This document shows, piece by piece, positions 29,451 to 44,854 of a stretch of DNA of 64,000 nucleotides. Source of the stretch: the human T2T-CHM13v2.0 reference genome, Homo sapiens. A model generated the notes under the pieces. That model searched no databases and had not been told where the DNA came from. It was given only the letters and a program-made list of their open reading frames with translations. The DNA lies in NCBI RefSeq assembly GCF_009914755.1, contig NC_060947.1; one strand, 5' to 3'. A program made the translations under genes and the position numbers. Positions within the stretch are counted from its first letter, which is position 1, and the number at the start of each line of letters is the position of its first letter.

Positions 29451-30267
29451 ACACTGCATTTAGTGATGAACGAACAATAGAGCGAGATGGAGGTACCTAA
29501 GAAAACTCCCAAGGTTCTTGCTTTGGTGACTGGGTAGATGACTGTGTTATCAACAAGATGGAGATCACCAAAAAAGGAGACATTGTGGGGTGACAATGGG
29601 GATAAAATTGAGGTAGTTGGTGTTGATTTATTTTTAATTGTGTTTAAGGTCTGTATAACATCCAATTGTACTTGAACTGGTGTTTGGTCTATGCCATAGA
29701 TACAAATCTGGTAAATCTTATCCCAGAAAGTGAATGGCTCCCCAAATTTTTCTGCCTTTACATATTCCAGAAGTACAACATAATCTTATTAATAGCATCT
29801 CCCTTTGCATGCCAGTGATTCTCATTCAAGGAGTGGAGCATGTCAGAATCTGCCATGTACAAGACTGTAGTTCAAAAAGGCCAGCTTATCAGAGATGCTG
29901 ACATATTCCATAGGGAATTTTTGTCAAATCTTTCTATATCCTCCATTGGAAATTATTGATATACATGATGGCTAAATCCATGAGTTCAGGTGTCATCACC
30001 TACAGCTTTATGTCAAGTGAGGAGAACGTTGAAGGGCTCAAAGAAGTAAAAGCAGTATTTGAAAGCTCACATAAAGAACGAACGAATGAATAACAACTGC
30101 AGGAAAGATTCTTGGCAGATAATAGTTTCAAAATTAGTATTTATTGAGCAAATGCATTAATAAGTGAATGAGTGTGTTTTCCAGAAACCGAAGAATTTCA
30201 AGAATAATAAACTATTTTAAAATCAAGATATGAATCTAATAAGACAAAAACAGGTATGTCCATTGTA

Positions 30268-30612
30268 CAGTTATGCTCTGCATGATGTTTTGGTAAATGA
30301 CAGACCAAATTTACCCTGGTGGTCCCATAAGATTCTAATACTGTATTTTTACCATATTTTTTCTATGTTTAGCTATGTTTACATATACAAATACTTACCA
30401 TTGTGTTACAGTTGCCTACAGTATTCAGTACAGTGATATGCTGTACAAGTTTGTGGCTTAAGAGCAATAGGCTATCTCACAGAGCCTAGGTATGTAGTAG
30501 GCTATGCCCTGTCGCATTGTGTAAGTATTCTCTGTGATATTCACATGACGATGAAATCACCTAACGATGCTTTTCTCAGAGCATATCCTCATCGTTCAGT
30601 GATGCATTACTG
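30268..30612. mobile_element. Tigger3a/MER7-type non-autonomous DNA transposon
   Basis: TA|CAGTTATGC ... GCATTACTG|TA ends with TA TSD; GGTGGTCCCATAAGATT core. Confidence 0.88.
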
Positions 30613-30948
30613 TATTTGGTGACCATAGTAGGTTGACTATAGTAGTACAGGGATGACTAGGAAAGTAGGAGGAGGAGATGAGAAGGCGATGGGTATGAAC
30701 TATGCTCTTAAGAAATGTGGATAAAGGAGAGGGACTGAGAACATAGGAGGGCTCTAGAGGAAAGAAGATAGATTTAATTCTACTTTTCGCATATAAAGTC
30801 ATTCTTCTCCTAAATAAAAGTTTCTATGATTTTGTTCAGGAATCATATTTAACCAGTTTTCAATTTTCCTATGAAACCAGAATTAAACTGCACCTAATTT
30901 CTGATCATTTTCTTTCTTAATTTGTGTAATTTAGAAATAGGTATGACG

Positions 30949-31282
<334 letters not shown>

Positions 31283-34009
31283 TCATCTTTCTCCACATTC
31301 CATCTTACCCATTTATAGGAGGTTAAATTCATGTGTCATTTTTTAGTAGAATTTACTGATAAAAGCTGGCCCTTTAGTGGTATCAGGTCTGTGACTGATA
31401 TGTCACAAGTTGATGATGACTTTCCCATTGTTAATAATTCTACAGCTGTCTATCTTATTCATCCTGGTCCTTATTCTTGGTACAGCTCTTCTTTAAATCA
31501 CAGAAGTAAAAGTTCCATATGTATTTATTATAAAAGATATGCATATGGATACTTTAAAACGTTTTATTGTTCCCTGTTTAAGCACAGTAATTTCTACTAG
31601 AATTTTTGTCATAGAAAGATAAATCTTCTCCCTTTGCTACTTTCTGCTTTCATCTTCTTTGATTCTTCCTTGGATCCTGCCCTTTTCTCCGTTATTTTAA
31701 ATTTTTAATCTGCTATTTATTCACTGTCTTCGTCTATGCCTAAAAGCAGGGACTTTTAGGACTGTTGCAAAACAGCAGTAAATCTTATTTAAGTGTTTCA
31801 TGTATGTTTTCAGCTTCCCTTTTCTTCCTTTCAGGATGAAGAATTCCAGAATTATGTCTGCAACTGTTATTTTCTTGACATACACTCACTCTTTAACTCA
31901 TTGCCTTCAACGCTCACTACACTGTGCTTTTGAAATGCAGTCATCTCCTTATTATTATCTATTAATATTTTATACATCTTCATTCTCTTTAAACTCCCAG
32001 CAAAAGTAGAGAAAAGGTTAATTACCCCTTTCTGCACTTTTTGGATTCCCTTTTTGGACTTTTCAGCTCCCGATTTTTTCTCCGTATTCCATTTGCACCT
32101 TCACCAGCTCCTTCAGCAAGTCCTCTTCATTCTCCCTCTCTTCCAATGTCTATGTGTCTGAAGCTACAGCTTTTTCCTTCTGCACCTTTCTTCCAGTTGA
32201 ATTTCGCCCCAACCCTCATGAGAGTCCTCTATTCTCAAGGCACCTGTCACCACCTCGGTGTGACCAATTTTTCCATGTATATCCTTTTCTTCTCTGGTAG
32301 GCCTTACCTACTCTCTCCCACTTTTGCCTGGATACATTTACTTATCATTCCTATGGTAAATTTAACTTTGATATGCCAAAAACTATATTTGATAGATAAG
32401 TATATTTCTTGCTTGAAAGAGAGATTGCTTCCATTCAAGTCATAATGTGTACCATAAAAATATCAAATATGGAAATCAGGTGATCAGAATATAGAAACAA
32501 TGAAAAGTAGATATTGAGAAAATAACTTTTAAGTTCCAAATATTACCTAAATAGTCTTGAAATGCAAATGTGTCATAATGATAAGTTTTACTTTATTTGT
32601 TTTTGGTTATCAGAGTCTTAAATAATGGGTGATTAGCTTAGAAGTCCCATTCTGAAATTCATTAAAAAATAAAATATTTCTCTGAAAAGGACTTATGCCT
32701 AAAGCTGCCGTCATTCTTTCTCATCTGGCACCCCAAGCTTCATTTGATTCCCTGTTTCCTTATTGAGCATAATTTAATGCAACAATCTTGCTTAAATAAG
32801 TATTACAAGATCCAATAGATTAACTTTAACTCTTTATCACCAATCTATAGGCTTCATAGAAATATTAAACAACTATTGATTTTAATGTATAACATTGTCA
32901 TAATTCTTGTTATTTAGAAACAAGATCCAATCTCCAGTAAACCACTCACTGCAGCCCACACTTGTTAGCATAATCAATTTATCACACTTGTTTTATAAAG
33001 TTGTAAGAGAACCCCACAGAAGGGTGTTACTAAAAATTACAGCTGATGTAAGCTTTTCACTTCATGCCAAAAGGAGGGCAGTTGACGCTACCATGAAATA
33101 AACTCTACTGCAGCCTCTTTAATCATTTGTCAAGATGTATTATGTCCTTGTCAATATCAAGGGAGGTAAACACTGTCATTAATCTGCAAGTGAGGAAATA
33201 AGTAACCACGTCAATGTTCAAGTGCCTGGCTGTTAATGCAAATTCATCTTTATTCCATCTTTCTCCCTCTTTCATTTTATGATGTTGTTCCTTTTTCATA
33301 AAATGTGCAGTTACATTGTAATGTTTAGAAAATATACATAATGCATTATTAGGATGTTGGCCATTGTGAAATTTGCTGGGTGTGCTTAGCAAGACAGGCA
33401 CTGACAATGCAGTAGTTAAGCTGAGCCAGCATAGATTAGTCTAAAGAGAACATACCAGCTATAAATTTAACAAACTGTTCATTTTCTAAAGTGATTGCTT
33501 TATGCATCTGCAAATAGGGAATAACAGAACATTCAACTCTATTTTTTCCCTAGGCAAATAAAAAACTTAGATCTTGAAAAGCTTTCTTTAGAAACTTTAA
33601 ATAGTTATTTTAATTTTAGATGCTGTCACTGATGTGTTATGCAAAAGAGGGATGTTACTTACAGTGGATATGAAATGGAATTGCAGTTTTAGCATCTATT
33701 ATTTGACTTGAATTGCCACTTATGTCTTGATACCTTCCTATGGGGAATCTATGGCTTATCTGTATCGATTAGATAAATATTTAAAGTAAAGCTGAATATA
33801 GCAGTGTTTTATATCCACCAGATTACGCTACAAAATCTAGTGGCATTAGATTTTTTCTTTATAGGATTTTTAATTGAAACCAACACATTGGCAATATACC
33901 TTGTTTATCTAGCATAGTTACCCTCAATGAATTAGCAAATCAGAAGCTTAACTGAGAAAATAGTGAAACTCTAGGAGATATAAAGGCTGAATAACCAAAT
34001 AACAAATCA

Positions 34010-34625
34010 CTACTTATTGAGTTTATGCCTGTGTAAGATAGTGTACTGTCATTTCATGTAATTTATCAAAGAGCACTATGAAGTATTTATTATCATGCAG
34101 ACAAATTAAATGACTTTCTCAAACCACACAGATAAGAAGTCATAGATCTTAGATTTGAACCCGTGTGACTAGATGAAAAATCTCAGCTATTGTGCAATGG
34201 GTCACACTACTTCTCAGAGCAATTTTACCTAGGAAAATCTTCTTATATTTTACTTTGAAAGATGTCCGGTGTGTTTACTTAAGTTATTTAAGTACCCTAA
34301 TTAGGGATAAGATATCCACCTTCCTAAAGTCCCATATTTATTTTTTTAGAGGACCAACAGGTAATTCTTTTATAAGGAATGTGATAGATTGAATCACGTA
34401 GTGATTAACAACACAGATTTTAGCCACCAATTGCATTTTTTCAAATTATGACTCTGACATTTCCAGTGTGTGATGTTAGGCAAGTTACTTAACCACTCTG
34501 TGCCTCAGTTTAATTACCTATAAAATAGGCAAAATTACATTGGGTTATTGTGAAAATTAAATGTAATGATAAATTTAAAGTAATTGAAAAAAGGTCTGCA
34601 ATAAGGTAACTGCTTACTTAGCAGC
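34010..34625. mobile_element. Two MIR SINEs (minus ~34010-34200; plus ~34395-34625)
   Basis: GGCAAGTTACTTAACCACTCTGTGCCTCAGTTT core; AGATTTGAACCC antisense motif. Confidence 0.75.
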
Positions 34626-34792
34626 TATATCTTATCATTTAAAGAAGCAATGTCTTTGGCTCACATATTTGTTAACATGAATGGGAATAAATATCCGATT
34701 TAGTTCCTTAATGTCTTTAATGTCAGTATCTATTATCCAGTCTTGTCCATCCAAAGCTTTCTGGCTCACTCTTGCTCAGTCTGTCATTTTTC

Positions 34793-35340
34793 TACAGCAT
34801 TATCATGATATAATTCATATAGCTACAATTCACTTATTTAAAATGTATAATTCAAAGGTTCTAATATATTTACAGGGTTGTGCAACCATCACCACAATCT
34901 AAATTTAGAACCTTTTTGTTCCATTTAAAAGAAACACCATACTTGTTAGTAGTCACTCCTCATTTCTCTCCTCCCTCTCTGCCCAGCCCTAGGCAACCAC
35001 TAATCCAGTTTCTGTTTCTATAGGTTTGCCTATACTGGATATTTCATATAAATGAAATTATGCAACATGTGGTTTTTGTGGCTGGCTTCTTTCACTTAAA
35101 GTAACAGTTTCAAATTTTATGCCTGTGATAGCATGTTTCAGCACGTGTTTATTATCCTTGCCAAAAAATATTGCATTGCATGTATATAATATTTTATTTA
35201 GTCTTCAGTTAACATTCATTTAGGTGGTTTCCATTTTGTGGCCATTGTGAATAATGCTGAATGAACGTTAATGTCCAAGTGTGGACGTATGTTATCATTT
35301 TTCTTGGGCGTGTAACTAGGAGTGAAATTGTTGAGTCAAT
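34793..35340 (-). mobile_element. L1MB 3' end
   Basis: ACAGCATTATCATGATATAATTCATAT...TTGTGCAACCATCACCACAATCTAA...CCCTAGGCAACCACTAATC. Confidence 0.9.
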
Positions 35341-36399
35341 AGCCTTGATTATGTTTTACTTGGAGGACCACATAGCCTCCTAGTTGGGCTTCCAGTTTCT
35401 GGCCTAGCTTAGCCTGTGAATGTTTGTACACTGCTGCCAGGGAGATCTTTGTAGATCTTAAATATGATTGTGTTCATCTCATGTTCATGGCCTTTAGTGG
35501 TTCTTCTGTTGTTTTGGGAATAAATTATAGATACCTTAACTTGACATGCATTATTTAATCATTAAATACTTATTGGGTTCCTACTATATTCTAGGCACTC
35601 TTCTAGATACTTGAGTATCCTTGAAATCCTTGAAATCATGTCACATTGGAATAAATTATTACTAAAATCAGAATCAAATTTTTGTAGAATCTTTGATTTA
35701 AAAATACACTCCTTCTTTAGCCTATTTTTCACTACACCACGGTGCCTAGGATTAAAGATAAATATGGTAAGATAATTACGTTGCTTTCCATGTTGCATTA
35801 TTGGCAGGTTATTCTAAATTATGGAATAATAGCGATGTGTTGTGTTTGCCTGTCTCTTTACAGAGATGCTTATTTTATGTGAATTTCCAACATCCCTGAG
35901 AGAGGATCATGGCAAATTACTCACTTCCATCTTACACCTAGAAATGTTGAGACTAAATACGTAAATAAAGTACAGTGTTTGCTCTACTAAAGGTGATAAA
36001 TATCTGTTGAAGTTAAGTCCAACCATACTAGGAAGTCCCTGGAAAATTTATGAACTAATTTTTAGTTTTTGCCTTTACTAAGGGAAAGAAAAGCAAGAAG
36101 TGGGCAAATGAAAGCTGAGATGACTGCAATCTCATCAGGACCTAGTATCCTGGATGCTTTTACATCCTCTCTCGTGTTTTTATTTGAAACCAACTCTATA
36201 ATGTTGTTGATAACTGTATTACTTTAAATAAATTAAATGCTAGGTAGTGTGACTACTGATTTGATTTGATTTGATTATCAGAAACCATGATAACTTCTGT
36301 TCTGTAACAAATTCTAAAAGCCATTAATCCAAAGCAAGATTTGTTTTCAAAGCTCATCCAAATTTGCAGTAGTGCAATTTTAATATAAATGTAGTTATT

Positions 36400-36602
36400 C
36401 ACACACCAGGGCCAGTTGGGTGGTGGGGGGTGAGGGGAGGAAGAGCATTAGGACAAATAGCTGATGCATGCACGGCTTAAAACCTAGATGATGGGTTGAT
36501 AGGTGCAGCAAACCACCATGGCACACAACCTGTGTAACAAATCTACACATTCTGCACTTGTATTCTGGAACTTAAAGTAAAAGAAAAGAAAATTAAAATA
36601 GA
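36400..36602 (+). mobile_element. Short 5'-truncated L1PA 3' end
   Basis: GGCTTAAAACCTAGATGATGGGTTGATAGGTGCAGCAAACCACCATGGCAC; TSD-like AA(A/G)TGTAGTTATT on both sides. Confidence 0.9.
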
Positions 36603-37921
36603 AAGTGTAGTTATTATAGCATAAATATTTCATCAAATATCCTGTATTTTCAGAGAAATTTGATCATATATGAATATTTTATTTATCACCTATTCTTATT
36701 TTTAGGTGAGATAATGGCACAATGGTTATGTTTTCAAAATGCATCCTTAATTTTTAGAAATAATAACTGAAATAGTTTATGGAAGATACACATAAGGATT
36801 TGTATCAAAATAATGTAGGGAGGGATAAATAGGAGTAGAGATGAAACAAGATTGGCCATAGTTTTAGTTTTTGTAATAGACTTTATCTTTTAGAGCAGTT
36901 TTAGGTTCTTAGCTTAATTGAATGGAAGGAACAGAGATTTCCTATATATTCTCCACCCCATCTATACACAGCCTCCCCCTACAATTTACATCCTCTACCA
37001 GAGTGGTACAGTTGTTGAAATTGATGAACCTACATCAATACATCATTATCATTCAGAGTCCATAGTTTACATTAGAGTCACTCTTAGTGTTGTACATTCT
37101 GTGGGTTTGGACAAATGTGTAATGAGCTGTATCTACCATTATGGTATCATACAGAATAGTTTCACTCTCCCAAAAATCCTCTGTGCTCTACCTATCCATC
37201 CTTCCTTCCCACTAATTCCTGGCAACCACAAACCTTTTTACTATGTCCATAAATGTTCCCTTTCTAGAATGTCACATATTTAGAATCATACAGTATGTAG
37301 ACTTTTCAAATAATTAGCTTTTTTCACTTAGTATCATACATTTATGTTTTTTCCACGTCTTTTCTTGGCTTGATAGCTCATTTGTTTTTGACATGAATAA
37401 TATTCCACTTTCTGGTTGTACCACAGTTTATTCATTCGTCTATGGAAGGACATCTTGGTTGCATCCAAGTTTTTGCAATTATGAATAAAGATACAATCAA
37501 CATCCATGTGAGGTTTTTATGAAGACCTAAATTTTCAGCTCCTTCGGGTAAAAACCAAGGAGCACAGTTGTTGGATTGCATGGTAAGAGTATATATATTT
37601 TTGTGAAAAACTGCCAAACTGTCTTCCAAAGTGGCTATTCCATTTTGTATTCCCACCAGCAATTAATTAGAGTTCCTGTTGCTTTACAAGCTTACCAGTA
37701 TATGGTGTTGTCAGTGGTTTGGATTTTGGCCATTCTAATAGTTGTGTAGTGCTATCTCCTTGTTGTTTTAATTTGCACTTCTCTGATGACATGTAATGTG
37801 AAGCAACTTTCCAGAAACTTATTTACCATCTATATATCTTCTTTGGTAACATGTCTGTTAAGGTCTTTACTGCGTTTTTAAATTGGATTATTTGTTTTTC
37901 CATTGTTGAGTTTTAAGATTT

Positions 37922-37957
<36 letters not shown>

Positions 37958-38283
37958 TATATATATATAAATGTACTTTTAATTGAAAAAATTGTATGTG
38001 TTTATCATGTACAATATGATGTTTTCAAATATGTATCCATAGTGGAATGGCTCAGTCAAGCTAATTAACATGTGAATTACCTGACATACCATTTTTTGCA
38101 ATGAAAACACTTAAAGTCTATTCTTGTAGCAATTTTTAAGAATACAATACATTGTTACTAACTGTAATCCCTATTTTAAACAATAGATCGCTTGGACTTA
38201 TTCCCCCTTTCTAACTTAAATTTTGTGTCCTTTGACTCCCCTCCTCCTGCCAGCCCTGGTAGGCACCATTTTACGCCCTACTG

Positions 38284-38589
<306 letters not shown>

Positions 38590-38905
38590 TTTGTGCCCTA
38601 CTTCTATGAATTCAGTGTTTTTAGATTTTACATATGAGTGAGATCGTTGGCATATTTGTATTTCTGTCGCTGATTTTTTTCACTTAACACAATAACACAA
38701 TATCCTCCAGTTTTATACCTGGGGTCTATTCTAGTTCTGGGAATTTTCTGAGCCTAGAGCTGCTGGGGTCAGCCTGGCAGTAAGGTCTGTTCAAACAACT
38801 AGTCCAAAAGGTAAGCCTGGATCTTAGAGGTGCAAGATCTCATCTGGCACTGGGGTGTGCCGGGAGGTGCAGTCCATGAGTACTGGCCTAGTCTAGGATA
38901 GTGGG

Positions 38906-39278
38906 TGTATTCATCCATTCTCATACTGATATAAAGAACTGCCCAAGGCCGAGTAATTTATAAAGGAAAGGGGTTTGATTGACTCACAGTTCCACATTGC
39001 TGGGAAGGCCTTGGGAAACTTACGATCATGGTGGAAGGCAAAGGGGCAGCAAGGCACCTTCTTCACAAGGTGGCAAGAAGGAGAAGTGCCAGCAGGGGAA
39101 ATGCTAGATGCTTATGAAACCATCACATTTCATGAGAACTCACTTACTACTGCAAGAACAGCATGGGAGAAACCACCCCCATGATCCAGTCACTTCCCAC
39201 CAGCCCTCCCACGACATGTGGGGATGGAAGCTATAATTCAAGATGAGATTTGGGTGGGGACACAGCCAAACCATATCA
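38906..39278 (-). mobile_element. THE1 (MaLR) solo LTR
   Basis: TG...CA ends, GATGAGATTTGGGTGGGGACACAGCCAAACCATATCA terminus, exact 5-bp TSD GTGGG. Confidence 0.95.
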
Positions 39279-41983
39279 GTGGGGTCATGTTTATCACTGG
39301 GTTTTACTGGGGTAGGCCAAGTGTTGTGGTCTAAGGCAAAATCCAGTGCTCACTTCCTTAATTTTCCTCCAAGTAGAAGGTATCTCTCTTCACAGTGCTG
39401 CCTGGGATTGGGGGAGGGCTCACACAGGTAATGTAAAACTGCCCTTCCTACTCTTTTCCATACATCTTTTCTCATTTTTATGCTACACCCAGGTGCTATA
39501 ATCTCTCAACTGATTTCTTTAGCTCTTGTGAAGGTGATTTTGCTTGTGGATAGTTGTGAAAATTGATGTTTCTGCAGAGAGATGAGTGCTGGAAAGTCCT
39601 ATTCTATGGTCTTGCTGATGTCCATCTTTGTGTATTTTGCATGACAGTCTTTTATCAGATATGTCTTTTGCAAATATTTTCTCCCATTTTTCACTGGTCT
39701 TTTCATTCTCTTGACATTATCTTTTGCAGAACAAAAAGGTTTGATTATAAAGTCCATCTTATCAATTCTTTCTTTGATAAATATTGCCTCTAGTGTTTTA
39801 TTTACAAAGTCATCACCTAACCTAAGGTCACCTAGATTTTATCTTGTTATCTTCTAGTAGTCTTTTAATTTTGTGTCTTACATATCAATCTATGACCCAT
39901 TTTGAGTTCATTTTCATGAATGGTATAAAGTCTTTATCGAGATTCTTTTTTTTTTTTTTTGGCTTGTGGATGTCCAATTGTTCCAACACCATTGGTTGAA
40001 AAGGCTATCTTTTTTTCATTGTATTGCCTTTGCCCCTTTGTCAAAGATCTGTCAACTATATTTATATGGGATCTATTTCTGGAATATTTATTTCAGTCCA
40101 TTGATCTATTTGTCTATTTTTTTTCACTAGTGCCACACTGTCTTGATTATCATAGCTTTAGAATATATCTCAGAATTGAATAAAGTCAGTCCTCTGAATT
40201 TGTTCTTTTTCATTACTAAGTTGGCTATTTTGAGTCCTTTGCCTCTCCGTATAAACTTTAGAATCAGTTTCCTGATATTCACAAAATAACTTGCTGGGAT
40301 TTTGATTGGAATTTCATTGAATCCATTGATCAAGGGGGAAAGAATGGACACTTTAACAATATTGAGTTTTCATGTAATGAACACAGTATGTATTTCTATT
40401 TATTTGGTTCTTCTTTTGTAGGTTATTTTCTGAACCTGACTAATGGGTACATAGGTATTTGTTTTACTCCTTTACCTGTGTATTTTTTACCTTTTTATGT
40501 TTTGCCTGTATATGTTTTACCTTTTACAAGATAAAAGGCTAAAATATTTTATATTTTTGCCTTTGTGATACTAGTTTTTTGGCAAGGATGGGGTAAAAAG
40601 TAAAATAGGACATTGACATTTCGAATTTTGAATTTCAAATCTCCTATCAGGGAAATTGAATAAATATGTTGAACATGGTAGTTTGGCAATAAAGGGCTTT
40701 GGCAAAGAGGGCAGATTCGGTGTAATGATAGTTCTATTGAGATCTAGAAATACTCCTATTTGAAGAGTGAAAAAGTGCTACCAGGTGTTCAGAAGAAAAG
40801 AAATGTTAATGAGAAGGCCAAAGATAAGGTGAATCTTATATCAAAGTACTAAAGAGAATGAAAGTGGGATTCAGTTCCTTCTGGGTGATAAGACTGTCTT
40901 AAATTATTTCTCAATTATGACATCATATTTCCCCCCCATTTCTTCATCTTGCATAACTTTGTGTTTAAATGAGAGTTTTTAAAATGTGTTTAAAGCTAGT
41001 AATGTATTTGACTTTGATTTTGCAAGGATAACACTTCCCAATATCCTTTTTGAGCTCATAGAATTTGTTCATGTTCTTTTAAATCTCCTGATTATTAGTG
41101 GTTTACTTTTGATGAAGGTGATAGCATATTCTTCATGAAATAACTATCAAGCTTAGTGTTAAGATAATTTAGGAAACTAAAGCAGAATTATAACTTCTTG
41201 ATTTTTATGATAGTGTCCCTTGGATGTGTAAATTAAATTACTTATTTTCATTTCTAATTTTTGCTAACCATTTCAGAAAAGTGGTTCAGCACAATCGTTG
41301 CCAATTCTACTTCAAATCAAGAAATCTTTAAGCATCCTTAAAAGCTACCATAACAGGCCTATGGCACTGTGTGTCTTTAGGAGATTGATTTCTTTTGTGG
41401 GTATTCTGTTTACTTAATGACATAAAGAATGAGTGAGGGAGAAGGCAAAATATTCTCCCAGGAAGATGGAGAAGAGTGGTCATTGTGGATTAGTTAGGCT
41501 TTTAGTAAAAACAACATTGTAATGACCTTGTGATTTTTATGAAACCACTTATAACTTGGTCTTAATTTACAAATAAGTTCCTTTAAGTTTGCATCAAAAG
41601 TACAGAGCTCTTTCTTGTTATTCTTAACAAGGTTTGATACACAGCATTTCCTCATGGATAATTTGTGGGTTTAAAAAATTGAAATGCTATTATTGGTAAC
41701 TATCTTGGTCATTGTTGCAAGATGATTTCTATAGTGGGAGCATCCTTTCATACAATCATACGGATCCTTTTACGGTTTTTCTGGTTATAATATCAGTAAA
41801 AAGTACCACTTGGCCACAAGTGACTTTTGTTTATACGTTGAATGAAGGAAGAAATTATTTCTAGGTGTGCAACATGGAGAATATTTAAAGTTCTCGGAAT
41901 GTAAGTTTCTTCATATGTCAAAGAAGGTGATAATACCTAATTTTAAATGATGTTGAAAAGGTTGACATATAACTTATGGAAGT

Positions 41984-42030
41984 ACTACCTACGTACCCAC
42001 CTACCTACTTACCTACCTACTTATCTATCT
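41984..42030. repeat. Degenerate (CCTA)n/(TCTA)n tetranucleotide repeat
   Basis: Direct reading. Confidence 0.85.
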
Positions 42031-42284
42031 GTTTTTATGTCTATCTGTCATGCTTAGCATAGTAACTGGCAGATTGTAGGCAGTTAGGAAATGTTAGTTG
42101 TCTTCTCACTCATCATATCATGTACTTTTAAAGGGATGGTTTTCACATCTGTGCAGGTTGTCTACTGTACCACTTTAGAGGGCAATGTTCATGTAGCAAA
42201 TATTATGAATGGCACCACTGGAATTCTGTAGTATGCAACTTGAAAAACTAAACATAGTGTCTGTATATTTTTAACCCTCTATGT

Positions 42285-42455
42285 TGGTGATTCTCCAAAA
42301 GGGAGCAATTAAACTCTTGCATCAGAATCACCTGGAGATGATTTCTAAAAATGCAGCTTCTTCTGTTCATTTCCAGATCTACCTAAGCAGAATCCGTTGA
42401 GATGGAACATACAGATCTGTATTTTTTAAAGCTGCTGAAGTCATTATTTTGCTAA
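42285..42455. mobile_element. MER5-type hAT-Charlie fossil
   Basis: TGCATCAGAATCACCTGGAG...AAAAATGCAG...ATCTGTATTTTT. Confidence 0.75.
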
Positions 42456-42789
42456 CAGCTATCTTGTAATATGATTCATATATCATACAATTCACCTATT
42501 TTGCCCAGGTCATTCTTAAGCATGCTGAACCATTGCTCTCTTGATTGTCTTTGTGAGAAAAAAAAAAGGTGTCCCCTGGTCTTTTCTTTCTCTGCGATTC
42601 TTCATGGATCAATAACAAATTCTTGCACATATTGTATTGTACATATTTCTTCTATAACTTTCATCACATTCCTTCATTCTTAGTGCTTAATCTCCATTTT
42701 TTCTTCTAGCTTGCATGCATGCATGAGCGTGCGCTCACGTGGGCATGCACACACACACACACACACACACACATACAGAGACACAAAGG

Positions 42790-43060
42790 CTTAGAGTCAA
42801 ATTGAACTGAGTTTGAATTGCGGGTCTGCCACTTACTGTTTATGGAACCATGGGCAAGTTACCCTTTCTTGATTAACTGAAAAATGAAGCCCCTAATACC
42901 AATTTTATAAGGTTGTATGAGAATAAAATGGAATAAAATGTGAGATGCTTATTATACTGTGTGACAAATAAGGCTAATAATATGTTTTCATTAGGTCGTA
43001 TGAGAATAAAATGTAAGTTGCTTAGTATATTATGTGGGACATATAAAAATATGTTAGCTA
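42790..43060 (+). mobile_element. MIR SINE with a duplicated 3' segment, preceded by (CA)n
   Basis: TCTGCCACTTACTG...GGGCAAGTTA; GTATGAGAATAAAATG occurs twice. Confidence 0.75.
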
Positions 43061-43139
43061 TAATTAAATGAGAGCTATAATTAAATTGAAGACAGTAATA
43101 TGTACTCCCTTATATTCCTTGAAGTTCCTAATTTTAATA

Positions 43140-43700
43140 AATTTATCAATTTATTGATTACTTACTAAATACAAGATACTGTGCCTGATGCAGTATGGAA
43201 TATAAATATAAATATTATATGAGCTCTGCCCTGAAGGACTTTGCCGTTTATAGTACACAGATAACCAAATACAATAAATATTTCATGATGGAATAATAGA
43301 ACAAATGCTAGAGTGGATTTTCACAAAAAAATATTGTCAGAACACAGAAGAGAAAAAAATTTTATTTGAGACAAGCACTGAATCAGATTTCACAAAGAGG
43401 GTAGAATTTGGTCTGGGACTTTAAGGGTGGTTGAAACATGTCTATGGAGAAAGGGAAATGGGGTTTGGCTGAGATATGGATACACGGTGGAGAGTTTGGG
43501 AGGGTATAGGCGAGATGGGAGAGTCTTGATCTTAGAGGATAACACACGACAACTCAAAGTCTTTGAATGACATTCTTTAAGCTATTAGAAACCACTCAAG
43601 ACTTTTAAGTAAGGCAGTGACATCCGCTGTTCCATATCTAGGAAAAGTTGTTTTAGTGGTATGTGGAATAGTTTCAAGGAGTCAGGGATAGGAAATGAAA
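43140..43700 (-). mobile_element. Degraded L2 fragment
   Basis: ATTTATTGATTACTTACT...CTGCCCTGAAGGACTT...TTTTAAGTAAGGCAGTGACAT. Confidence 0.6.
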
Positions 43701-43901
43701 ACACCATTTATAGGGTTCTTCGGAATATTAGCAGGATTGTAAAACAGAGGTTAGGCAAAGAAGGTGCAAAACCATCTTTCAAAATTCTGGACATGTAAGA
43801 TATTTTAAAGCTCCCAAAAGTGAAGTTTTGTGCAAAAGTTAGGTGTTGAGCTAGGGCAGTACCAATGAGAATGAAAAGAAAAGGGAAAAGCAAGAAATGG
43901 G

Positions 43902-43928
<27 letters not shown>
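43902..43928. repeat. (CA)n microsatellite
   Basis: Direct reading. Confidence 0.95.
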
Positions 43929-43932
<4 letters not shown>

Positions 43933-44854
43933 TTTGAGAGATAATTGGATGAAATAATGGCCATGCCACATAAAAAGAAATTATAGTACCTGCCATAATA
44001 ACATAAATTTATTCCAAATAAATCAAATGAGTCTAACTTGGAAACCACATCAGTCATTTATATTATTGTCTAAAACCTTTTTTGACAAAAGTGAACACAC
44101 ATGTCAAAAATGTTGATACTTCTCACTTCAGAACTTAGTCCATTTTCACATTTATTCAAGTCTTTATGTCGCAAGTATTTTATTTGTATGTAGATTTTTA
44201 GATATTTATGATTATTTTATTTTCTAATGCTGATATAAGTGAAATTTATTGGTTTGTCTTAATATTCTGATTTTGTAACCGAGTTCTCTATTTAGTTCTA
44301 AGTGTTTTTCAGTTCATATTTGATATTTTTCAGACAATCATCTTTACATGACTGCTTTACCTTTTATTTTTCTTGTGTTATAATATTAGCCAGGACTTCT
44401 AAAGCAATATTAACTAATATTTGTAAAAATCTGGCTACTTGTTTTTAACTTAAGCTTTCGACCACTGAGCAGGCTGTTTTAAATAATCTTCATTTGATAA
44501 AGAATGGATTCCTCTACTCTTAGTTGGTTCTGAATCATCAAGATAGACACTGAATTTTATCAAGTGCTTTCAATAGACTTTTAATATTTTTAACATGAAA
44601 TGTGCCTTTTTCATGTCGTTTTCTGGAGTAACATTTATACTAGTTTTACAAAATAAGTTAGGAATTCATCTTTTTAGTGCTTTGCAGTAATTTTATTGGC
44701 TTTAGAATCTTTCATTTCTGGAAACTTTCCAAGTGTTTATTGGTAAAATTATTGAAGCCTGGGGCTTTTCTTAGAGGAACTTCTTCACCAGTGTTTTTAA
44801 TTCCCAATATGTATTTTAAAAATCCTAGAATAAATCCATGCAAAGTATTTAATT

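Noticed and set aside
32041-32445. 134-aa ORF
   Set aside because: Non-ATG start, pyrimidine-rich L2-like sequence, no recognisable domain
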